DNA from: Chiloscyllium plagiosum | Taxonomy: Eukaryota | Direction of reading: 5' to 3' | Length of the DNA stretch: 38,296 nt | NCBI RefSeq assembly: GCF_004010195.1 | Contig: NW_025214830.1 | Coordinates: forward strand, 13,841 to 52,136 | Shown: positions 27,030 through 36,712 of the stretch, one piece after another | How positions within the stretch are numbered: the first letter of the stretch is position 1 | How the letters are laid out: each line of letters opens with the position of its first letter | Notes under the pieces: generated by a model | Database searches by the model: none | What the model saw: the letters and a program-made list of their open reading frames with translations, nothing else | What the model was told of the DNA's origin: nothing | Program-made: the position numbers and the translations under genes

Positions 27030-27760
27030 GTGTCCCGGTACATCGTGAGGGAAGTGTGTCCCGCTACAGCACGAGGGAAGCACTTCCTGGTACAGCGTGA
27101 GGGCAGCGTGTCCTGGTACAGCGTGAGGGAAGTGTGTCCCGGTACAGCGCGAGGGAAGTGAGTCCCGGAACAGTGTGAAGGAAGTGTTTCCCAGTATAGC
27201 ACGAGGGAAGCGCATCCCAGTACAGCGTGAAGGAAGTGTGTCCCGGTACAGCGTGAGGGAAGCGTATCCCTGTTTGGCACGAGGGAAGCGGGTCTCAGTA
27301 CAGCGCGAGGGAAGCGAGTCCCGGTGCAGCGTGAGGGAAGTGTTTCCCAGTATAGCACGAGGGAAGCGCATCCCAGTACAGCGCGAGGGAAGTGCTTCCC
27401 GGTACAGTGTGAGGGAAGTGTGTCCCGCTACAGCACGAGGGAAGCACTTCCTGGTACAGCGTGAGGGCAGCGTGTCCTGGTACAGCGTGAGGGAAGTGTG
27501 TCCCGGTACAGCGCGAGGGAAGTGAGTCCCGGAACAGTGTGAAGGAAGTGTTTCCCAGTATAGCACGAGGGAAGCGCATCCCAGTACAGCGTGAAGGAAG
27601 TGTGTCCCGGTACAGCGTGAGGGAAGCGTATCCCTGTTTGGCACGAGGGAAGAGTGTCCCGGTACAGCGCGAGGGAAGCGAGTCCCGGTGCAGCGTGAGG
27701 GAAGTGTTTCCCAGTATAGCACGAGGGAAGCGCATCCCAGTACAGCGCGAGGGAAGTGTT
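27030..27760. repeat. 14-mer (364 bp) tandem higher-order repeat, 2 copies; a third copy lies near 30010-30400
   Basis: The rare variant 'gcgtatccctgtttggcacg' is present in both copies. ORFs 27175 and 27539 are near-identical, offset 364 = 14 x 26, and ORF 30161 is similar. Confidence 0.85.
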
Positions 27761-30700
27761 TCCCGGTACAGTGTGAGGGAAGCATGTCTCGATACAGTGC
27801 GAGGGAAGCGCTTCGCGGTACAGCGTGAGGGAAGTGTGTCCTGGTACAGCGTGAGGGAAATGTGTCCCAGTGCAGCACGAGGGAAGCGCTTCCCGGTACA
27901 GCGTGAGGGAGGCATGTCTCGGTATAGCACGAGGGAAGCATGTCGCGGTACAGCACGAGGGAAGCACGACCCGGTATAGCGCGAGGGAAGCATTTCTCGT
28001 TATAGTGTGAGGGAAGCATGTCCCGGAACAGCGCGAGGGAAGCATGTCCCGGTACAGCGTGAGGGAAGCGAGTCCCGGCACAGCACAAGGGAACGCATCC
28101 TGGTACAGCGCGAGGGAAGCATGTCTCGGTATAGCACGAGGCAAACGTGTCGCGGTACAGCCCGAGGGAAGCGTGTCCCAGTACAGCGTGAGGGAAGCGT
28201 GTCCCGGTACAGCACGAGGGAAGCATGTCCTGTACAGCGCGAGGGAAGTGTTTCCCAGTATAGCACGAGGGAAGCGCTTCCCAGTACAGCGCGAGGGAAG
28301 TGTTTCTCAGTACAGTGTGAGGGAAGCATGTCTCGGTACAGCGCGAGGGAAGCGCTTCCCGGAACAGTGTGAGGGAAGTATGTCCTGGTACAGCGTGAGG
28401 GAAATGTGTCCCGGTGCAGCACGAGGGAAGTGTGTCCCGGTGCAGCGTGAGGGCAGCGTGTCCCAGTATAGCGTGAGGGAAGCGCTTCACGGTACAGCGT
28501 GAGGGCAGCGTGTCCCAGTAGAGCTCAAGGGATGCGTGTCCCGGTACAGCACGAGGGAAGTGTATCTCAGAACAGCGCGAGTGAACTGAGTCCCGGTACA
28601 GCTGAGGGAAGTGTGTCCCAGTACAGCATGAGGGAAGCGTGTCCCAGTACAACGCGTGGGAAGCGTGTCCCTGTACAGCGTGAGGCAAGTGTGTCCCGAT
28701 ACAGCGCGAGGGATGTGTGTCCCGGTACAGCGCGAGGGAAGCATGTCCCGGTACAGTGTGACGGAGGCATGTCTCGGTATAGCACGAGGGAAGCATGTCA
28801 TGGTACAGCGCGAGGGAAGCATGTCCCGGTACAGCGCGAGGGAAGCATGTCTCGGTATAGCACAAGGGAAACGTGTCACGGTACAGCGTGAGGGAAGCGT
28901 GTCCCAGTACAGCGTGAGGGAAGCGTGTCCCGGTACAGCGCGATGGAAGTGAATCCCGGTACAGCGCGAGGGAAGTGTGTCCTGGTACATCGTGAGGGAA
29001 GTGTGTCCCGGTACAGCGCGATGGAAGTGAGTCCCGGTGCAGCGTGAGGGAAGTGTTTCCCAGTATAGCACGAGGGAAGCGCATCCCAGTACAGCGCGAG
29101 GGAAGTGTTTCCCGGTACAGTGTGAGGGAAGCATGTCTCGATACAGTGCGAGGGAAGCGCTTCGCGGTACAGCGTGAGGAAGGCATGTCTCGGTATAGCA
29201 CGAGGGAAGCATGTCGCGGTACAGCGCGAGGGAAGTGTGTCCCGGTACATCGTGAGGGAAGCGCGTCTCAGTACAGCGCGAAGGAAGCGAGTCCCGGTAC
29301 AGCACGAGGGAAGCGTGTCCCAGTACAGCGCGAGGGAAGTGTTTCCCAGTATAGCATGAGGGAAGCGTGTCCCAGTACAGCGCGAAGGAAGCGAGTCCCG
29401 GTACAGCACGAGGGAAGCGTGTCCCAGTACAGCGCGAGGGAAGTGTTTCCCGGTACAGTGTGAGGGAAGCATGTCCCGATACAGCGCGAGGCAAGTGTGT
29501 CCCAGTACAGCGCGAGGGAAGTGTGTCCCGGTACAGTGTGACGGAGGCATGTCTCGGTATAGCACGAGGGAAGCATGTCATGATACAGCGCGATGGAAGC
29601 GTGTCCCGGTACAGCGCAAGGGAATGCATCCTAGTACAGCGGGAGGGAAGCATGTCTCGGTATAGCACAAGGGAAACGTGTTACGGTACAGCATGAGGGA
29701 AGCGTGTCCCAGTACAGCGTGAGGGAAGCGTGTCCCGGTACAGCGTGATGGAAGTGAATCCCGGTACAGCGCGAGGGAAGTGTGTCCCGGTACATCATGA
29801 GGGAAGTGTGTCCCGGTACAGCGCGATGGAAGTGAGTCCCGGTACAGCGTGATGGAAGTGAGTCCCGGTACATCGTGAGGGAAGCATGTCCCAGTACAGC
29901 GCGATGGAAGCGTGTCCCGGTACAGCGCGATGGAAGTGAGTCCCGGTACAGCGTGAGGGAAGCGTGTCCCGGTACAGCGTGAGGGAAGCGTGTCCCGGTA
30001 CAGCGCGAGGGAAGTGTGTCCCGGTACATCGTGAGGGAAGTGTGTCGCGCTACAGCACGAGGGAAGCACTTCCTGGTATAGCGTGAGGGCAGCGTGTCCT
30101 GGTACAGCGTGAGGGAAGTGTGTCCCGGTACAGCGCGAGGGAAGTGAGTCCCGGTACAGCGTGAAGGAAGTGTTTCCCAGTATAGCACGAGGGAAGCGCA
30201 TCCCAGTACAGCGTGAAGGAAGTGTGTCCCGGTACAGCGTGAGGGAAGCGTGTCCCTGTATGGCACGAGGGAAGCGCATCTCAGTACAGCGCGAGGGAAC
30301 TGTGTCCCGGTGCAGCGTGAGGGAAGTGTTTCCCAGTATAGCACGAGGGAAGCGCATCCCAGTACAGCGCGAGGGAAGTGTTTCCCGGTACAGTGTGAGG
30401 GAAGCATGTCTCGGTACAGTGCGAGGGAAGCGCTTCCCGGTACAGCGTGAGGGAAGTGTGTCCTGGTACAGCGTGAGGGAAATGTGTCCCAGCAGCACGT
30501 GGGAAGCGTTTCCCGGTACAGCGTGAGGGAGGCATGTCTCGGTATAGCACGAGGGAAGCATGTCGCGGTACAGCACGAGGGAAGCGGGACCCGGTATAGC
30601 GCGAGGGAAGCATTTCTCGTTATAGTGTGAGGGAAGCATGTCCCGGTACAGCGCGAGGGAAGCATGTCCCGGTACAGCGTGAGGGAAGCGAGTCCTGGCA

Positions 30701-31319
30701 CAGCACAAGGGAAGCGTGTCCTGGCACAGCACGAGGGAAGCATGTCCCTGTATAGTGCGAGGGAAGCGCGTCCAAATACAGTGTGAGGGAAGTGAGTCCC
30801 AGTGCAGTGCGAGTGAAGCTTTTCTCGGTACAGCGTGAGGAAAGTGTGCCCCAATACAGCACGAGGAAAGTGAGTCCCGGTACAGCGTGAGGGATGTGTG
30901 TCCCGGTACAGCGTGAGGGAAGTGTGTGCCAGTACAGCGCGAGGGAAGTGAGTCCCGGTACAGCGTGAGGGAAGTGTGTCCCAATACAGCGCAAGGGAAG
31001 TGAGTCCTGGTATAGCGTGAGGGAAGTGTGTCCCGCTATAGCGTGAGGGAAGCGTGTCCCGATACAGCGCGAGGGAGGCGTGTCCCAGTACAGCACAAGG
31101 GAGGCGTGTCCCGGTACAGCGCAAGGCAAGTGTGTCCCGGTACAGCGCAAGGGAAGCGTGTCCCGGTACAGCGTGAGGGAGGCATGTCTCGGTATAGCAC
31201 GAGGGAAGCATGTCGTGGTACAGCGCGATGGTAGGGAGTCCCGGTACAGCGCGAGGGAAGTGTGTCCCGGTACAGCACGAGGAAACGTGTCGCGATACAG
31301 TGCGATGGCAGCGTATTCC

Positions 31320-32900
31320 GGTACAGCGCGAGGGAAGCGCATCCTGGTACAGTGCGAGGGAAGCGCGTCCTGGTACAGCGCAAGGGAAGCGTGTCCGGTA
31401 CAGTGTGAGGGAAGCATGTCCCGGTACAGTGTGAGGGAAGTGAGTCCCAGTACAGCGTGAGGGAAGCATTTCTCGGTTCAGCGTGAGGGAAACGTGTCTT
31501 GGTATGGCGCGAGGGAAGCGTGGCCCGGTACAGCGTCAGGTAATTGAGTCAAGGTACAGCACGAGGGAAGCGTGTCGCGATACAGCGCGAGGGCAGCGTA
31601 TTCCGGTAGAGCGCGAGGGAAGCGTGTTGCGGTACAGCGCGAGGGAAGCGTGTCCCGATACAGCGCGAGGGAAGTGAGTCCCGGTACAGTAAGAGGGAAG
31701 CGTGTCTAGTTATAGCACAAGGGAAGCGGGTCCGGTACAGTGCGAGGGAAGCGTGTCTGGTACAGGCGAGGGAAGCGTGTCTCGGTATCGCGCAAGGGAA
31801 GTGTGTCTCGGTATAGCGTGAGGGAAGCGTGTCCCTGTACAGCACGAGGGAAGCGAGTCCCAGTACAGCACGAGAGAAGCATGTCCTGGTACAGCGCAAG
31901 GGAACCGTTTCCCAATACAGCGCGAGGAAAGTGCGTCTTGGTACAGCGCGAGGGAAGCGAATCCTGAAACAGCGCGAGGGACGCGCGTCCCGATACAGCA
32001 TGAGGGAAGCGTGTCTTGGTACAGCGCGAGGGAAGCGAATCCTGAAACAGCGCGAGGGACGCGCGTCCCGATACAGCATGAGGGAAGCGTGTCTTGGTAC
32101 AGCGCGAGGGAAGCGCGTCCCGGTACAGCATGAGGGAAGTGAGTCCCGGTACAGCGTGAGGGAAGTGTGTCCCAATACAGCGTGAGGGAAGCGTGTCCCG
32201 GTACAGCGCGAGGGAAGCGCATCCTGGTACAGTGCGAGGGAAGCGCGTCCTGGTACAGCGCAAGGGAAGCGTGTCCGGTACAGTGTGAGGGAAGCATGTC
32301 CCGGTACAGTGTGAGGGAAGTGAGTCCCAGTACAGCGTGAGGGAAGCATTTCTCGGTTCAGCGTGAGGGAAACGTGTCTTGGTATGGCGCGAGGGAAGCG
32401 TGGCCCGGTACAGAGTCAAGGTACAGCACGAGGGAAGCGTGTCGCGATACAGCGCGAGGGCAGCGTATTCCGGTACAGCGCGAGGGAAGCGTGTTGCGGT
32501 ACAGCGCGAGGGAAGCATGTCCCGATACAGCGCGAGGGAAGTGAGTCCCGGTACAATAAGAGGGAAGCGTGTCTAGTTATAGCACAAGGGAAGCGGGTCC
32601 GGTACAGTGCGAGGGAAGCGTGTCTGGTACAGGCGAGGGAAGCGTGTCTCGGTATCGCGCAAGGGAAGTGTGTCTCGGTATAGCGTGAGGGAAGCGTGTC
32701 CCTGTACAGCACGAGGGAAGCGAGTCCCAGTACAGCACGAGAGAAGCATGTCCTGGTACAGCGCAAGGGAACCGTTTCCCAATACAGCGCGAGGAAAGTG
32801 CGTCTTGGTACAGCGCGAGGGAAGCGAATCCTGAAACAGCGCGAGGGACGCGCGTCCCGATACAGCATGAGGGAAGCGTGTCTTGGTACAGCGCGAGGGA
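31320..32900. repeat. tandem higher-order duplication of ~870-880 bp, containing a nested 78-bp (3-mer) tandem duplication at ~31938-32093
   Basis: ORFs 31740/32607 are identical and 31829/32696 match until the 78-bp expansion (offset 867). 'gcgaatcctgaaacagcgcgagggacgcgcgtcccgatacagcatgagg' occurs twice in tandem in the first copy and once in the second. Confidence 0.85.
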
Positions 32901-35829
32901 AGCGCGTCCCGGTACAACGCGAGGGAAGCGCGTCCCGGTACAGCATGAGGGAAGTGAGTCCCGGTACAGCGTGAGGGAAGTGTGTCCCAATACAGCGTGA
33001 GGGAAGCGTGTCCCGGTACAGCGCGAGGGAAGCGCATCCTGGTACAGTGCGAGGGAAGCGCGTCCTGGTACAGCCCGAGGAAAGCGTGTCTCGGTACAGC
33101 GCGAGGGAAGCGAATCCTGAAACAGCGCGAGGGACGCGCGTCCCGATACAGCATGAGGGAAGCGTGTCTTGGTACAGCGCGAGGGAAGCGCATCCTGGTA
33201 CAGTGCGAGGGAAGCGCGTCCTGGTACAGCCCGAGGGAAGCGTGTCTCGGTACAGCGCAAGGGAAGCGTTTCCCGGTACAGTGCAAGGGAAGTGAGTTCC
33301 CGTACAGCTCGAGGGAAGCGTGTCCGGTACAGTGTGAGGGAACCATGTCCCGGTACAGTGTGAGGGAAGCGTGGCCCGGTACAACGTGAGGGAATTGAGT
33401 CATGGTACAGCACAAGGGAAGCGTGTTGCGATACAGCGCGAGGGCAGCGTATTCAGGTACAGCGCGAGGGAAGCGTGTTGCGGTACAGCGCGAGGGAAGC
33501 GTGTCCCGGTACAGCGCAAAGGAAGTGAGTCCCGGTACAGCGTGAGGGAAGCATTTCTCGGTTCAGCAAGAGGGAAGCGTGTCTCGGTACCGTAAGAGGG
33601 AAGCGTGTCTAGTTATAGCACAAGGGAAGCGTGTCCGGTACAGTGCGAGGGAAGCGTGTCCGGTACAGCGCGAGGGAAGCGTGTCTCGGTATAGGGCGAG
33701 GGAAACGTGTCCCGATACAGCGCGAGGGAAGTGTGTCCCAGTACAGCGCGAGGGATGCGCATCCCGATACAGCGCGAGGGAAGTGAGTCCCGGTACAGCG
33801 TGAGAGAAGCGCATCCCGATACAGTGCGAGGGAAGTGTGTCCCAGTACAGCGTGAGGGAAGTGAGTCCCAGTACAGCACGAGGGAAGCGTGTCCCGGTAC
33901 AACATGAGGGACGTATGTCTCAGTATAGCACAAAGGAAGCATGTCGCGGTACAGCACGAGGGAAGCACGTCCCGGTATAGCGCGAGGGAAGCGTTTCTCG
34001 TTATAGTGTGAGGGAAGCATGTCCCGGTACAGCGCGAGGGAAGCAAGTCCCGGCACAGCACGAGGGAAGCGTGTCCTGGCACAGCACAAGGGAAGCGTGT
34101 CCTGGCACAGCACGAGGGAAGCATGTCACTAGATAGTGCGAAGGTAGCGCGTCCAAATACAGTGTGAGGGAAGTGAGTCCCAGTGCAGTGTGAGGGAAGC
34201 GTTTCTCGGTACAGCATGAGGGAAGCGTGTGCTGGTACAGCGCGAGGGGAGAGCGTCCCGGTACAGCGTGAGGAAAATGTTTCCCAATACAGCACGAGGA
34301 GAGTGAGTTCCGGTACAGCATGAGGGAAGTGTGTCCCAATACAGCGCGAGGGAAGCGTGTCCCGGTACAGCGCGAGGGAAGCGCATCCTGGTACAGTGCG
34401 AGGGAAGCGCGTCCTGGTACAGCCCGAGGAAAGCGTGTCTCGGTACAGCGCGAGGGAAGCGAATCCTGAAACAGCGCGAGGGACGCGCGTCCCGATACAG
34501 CATGAGGGAAGCGTGTCTTGGTACAGCGCGAGGGAAGCGCGTCCCGGTACAGCACGAGGGAAGCGCGTCCCGTTACAGCATGAGGGAAGTGAGTCCCGGT
34601 ACAGCGTGAGGGAAGTGTGTCCCAATACAGCGTGAGGGAAGCGTGTCCCGGTACAGCGCGAGGGAAGCGCATCCTGGTACAGTGCGAGGGAAGCGCGTCC
34701 TGGTACAGCCCGAGGGAAGCGTGTCTCGGTACAGCGCAAGGGAAGCGTTTCCCGGTACAGCGCAAGGGAAGTGAGTCCCTGTACAGCTCGAGGGAAGCGT
34801 GTCCGGTACAGTGTGAGGGAACCATGTCCCGGTACAGTGTGAGGGAAGCATGGCCTGGTACAACGTGAGGGAATTGAGTCATGGTACAGCACAAGGGAAG
34901 CGTGTCGCGATACAGCGCGAGGGCAGCGTATTCAGGTACAGCGCGAGGGAAGCGTGTTGCGGTACAGCGCGAGAGAAGCGTGTCCCGGTACAGCGCGAGG
35001 GAAGTGAGTCCCGGTACAGCGTGAGGGAAGCATTTCTCGGTTCAGCAAGAGGGAAGCGTGTCTCGGTATAGCGTGAGGGAAGCGTGTCCCGGTACAGTAA
35101 GAGGGAAGCGTGTCTAGTTATAGCACGAGGGAAGCGTGTCCAGTACAGCGCAAGGGAAGCGTGTCTCGGTATAGCGCGAGGGAAGTGTGTCTCGGTATAG
35201 CGTGAGGGAAGTGAGTCCCAGTACAGCACGAGAGAAGCGTGTCCTGGTACAGCGCAAGGGAACCGTTTCCCAGTACAGCGCGAGGAAAGCGCGTCTTGGT
35301 ACAGCGTGATGGCAGCGAATCCCGGTACAGCGCGAGGGAAGCGCGTCCCGGTATAGCATGAGGGAAGCGTGTCTTGGTACAGCGCGAGGGAAGCGTGTCC
35401 CGGTACAGCGCAAGGGAAGCGTGTCCCGGTACAGCGCAAGGGAAGCGTGTCCCGGTACAGCGTGAGGGAGGCATGTCTCGGTATAGCACGAGGGAAGCAT
35501 GTCCTGTACAGCGCGAGGGAAGTGCGTCCCGGTACAGCGCGAGGGAAGCGCGTCCCGGTACAGCATGAGGGAAGTGAGTCACGGTACAGCGCGAGGGAAG
35601 TGCGTCCCGGTACAGCACGAGGGAAGCGCGTCCTGGTATAGCATGAGGGAAGTGAGTCACGGTACAGCGCGAGGGAAGTGCGTCCCGGTACAGCGCGAGG
35701 TAAGTGCGTCCCGGTATAGCGCGAGGGAAGCGCGTCCCGGTACAGTGCAAGGGAAGCGTGTCCCGGTACAGCATGAGGGAAGTGAGTCCCGGTACAGCGC
35801 GAGGGAAGTGCGTCCCGGTACAACACAAC

Positions 35830-36195
35830 TTATCTTGTTGAAGCTGCGTGCTGGTGAGGAGCGGACTGGAAGCTGGAGCGAAGTGGAACAGTTGTTGGAC
35901 TTGTGCCTGGGTGCCGGCCGTCAGACAGCGTACTGAGTCACTGCTATCTGAAATTCTTTACAAGACTGTAATGTAAATCCTTTAACTCTGTTATAACTAT
36001 CGTATGTCTAACTTATTTTTAGAGACTATAAGTAATACTTTTCCTTTTAATCCTATTTTGTATCCAAGATTTGTATCTCAGTACTTGTATCTAAGATGGT
36101 GCCATTAAAGGCAACCCATTATAAAAGGTTATCACTGTTCTGCTGTCCTTCTTTATTGGAGTACATGTGACAAAAAAGGATGTTCTAATTCTGAT
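35830..36195 (+). mobile_element. probable 3' portion of a non-LTR retroposon (SINE/LINE-tail-like repeat); family uncertain
   Basis: A GC-rich segment (35830-35935) is followed by an AT-rich tract with three TTGTATC repeats (36058, 36071, 36085), AAGATGGTGCC, and the terminus TCACTGT...GAGTACATGTGACAAAAAA (36161-36177) plus a TTCTAATTCT-like tail. From memory this resembles chondrichthyan '...gtacatgtgacaataaa' element 3' ends; not verified by search. Confidence 0.45.
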
Positions 36196-36240
36196 ATTGG
36201 AGAGAATGGACAGCAGGTGGCAGCAGTGTTTATTAGAACA

Positions 36241-36712
36241 AAGTTAAAAGTTGGTGTAACAATTGGTGTTACATGAATTCATGTAAGACTCTGTTAACTC
36301 ACTTTTTAGATTAGAATCAGTCTAAACGTTATGGCACAGACAGAGAACACAGGGGGCTAACACCTTCAACATATTGTCTGGCTAACACCAATTGTTACAT
36401 TTAACCTGAGAATGTAACTTTATAAAAGAAATTGTGGTTTACACATGAAAGAAGTGAAATTATCATGGTATTCGGACAGATGAAAGACTCAACAGATAAT
36501 CAAGGTATTTTTCAATGTATAATTTCAGTTACATCACACTGTAAACTTTTGCTATAAATTCTGTGCCTTACAATTGTGTCCTCCACAACCGCCTGATGAA
36601 GGAGCGTCGCTCCGAAAGCTAGTGCTTCCAATTAAACCTGTTGGACTATAACCTGGTGCTGTGTGATTTTTAACTTTGCACACCCCAGTCCAACACCAGC
36701 ATCTCCAAATCA
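36241..36712 (+). mobile_element. Penelope-like element (PLE) terminal/pseudo-LTR fragment, non-coding, flanked by a 12-bp target-site duplication
   Basis: TTTATTAGAACA lies at 36229-36240 and again at 36713-36724. Inside are a hammerhead core (36593-36621) followed by ATTAAA (36631-36636), the usual PLE pLTR arrangement. The 5' end carries short inverted copies of internal sequence. Confidence 0.8.
36590..36624 (+). ncRNA. minimal type I hammerhead ribozyme motif (PLE-type)
   Basis: Stem I 5' strand CGC (36590-36592), core CUGAUGA (36593-36599), extra A, stem II GGAGC-guc-GCUCC (36601-36613), GAAA (36614-36617), palindromic AGCU stem III, CUA cleavage triplet (36619-36621), stem I 3' strand GUG (36622-36624). 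Confidence 0.8.

Larger units (their letters stand above)
1..35826. repeat. 26-bp tandem satellite array, consensus GGTACAGCGCGAGGGAAGCGTGTCCC, all monomers in the same orientation; runs off the left edge of the window
   Basis: GGTACAG...GAGGGAAG...GTCCC recurs about every 26 nt throughout (e.g. near-consensus run 35380-35480). Occasional 25-bp and shorter deletion monomers occur. About 34.1 kb of non-N sequence gives roughly 1300 monomers. The consensus is 18/26 GC with 4 CpG per unit. The last recognisable monomer is GGTACAACAC at 35817-35826. Confidence 0.98.

Noticed and set aside
1..35826. CRISPR array (repeat length in the CRISPR range)
   Set aside because: Monomers are directly adjacent with no unique spacers, there are no cas genes, and the context is eukaryotic retroelements.
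1..35826. CENP-B-box-like motif (GCGCGAGGGAAGCGTGT versus YTTCGTTGGAARCGGGA; same CG-n4-A-n2-CG spacing)
   Set aside because: Only 6 of 9 core positions match and the essential TT is missing. CENP-B box function is established for mammals, and partial matches are common by chance in GC-rich satellites.
1..35826. G-quadruplex-forming or telomeric repeat
   Set aside because: There is only one GGG run per 26 bp with long spacers, and no TTAGGG arrays were seen.
50..35936. Hundreds of Arg/Cys/Gly-rich ORFs on both strands
   Set aside because: All overlap in every frame and are translations of the 26-bp unit (not a multiple of 3). Indels shift frames freely, several ORFs run through N gaps, and no protein domain is recognisable.
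36093..36103. YY1-like motif AAGATGGTGCC
   Set aside because: It is an imperfect single site inside a probable repeat, with no promoter context.
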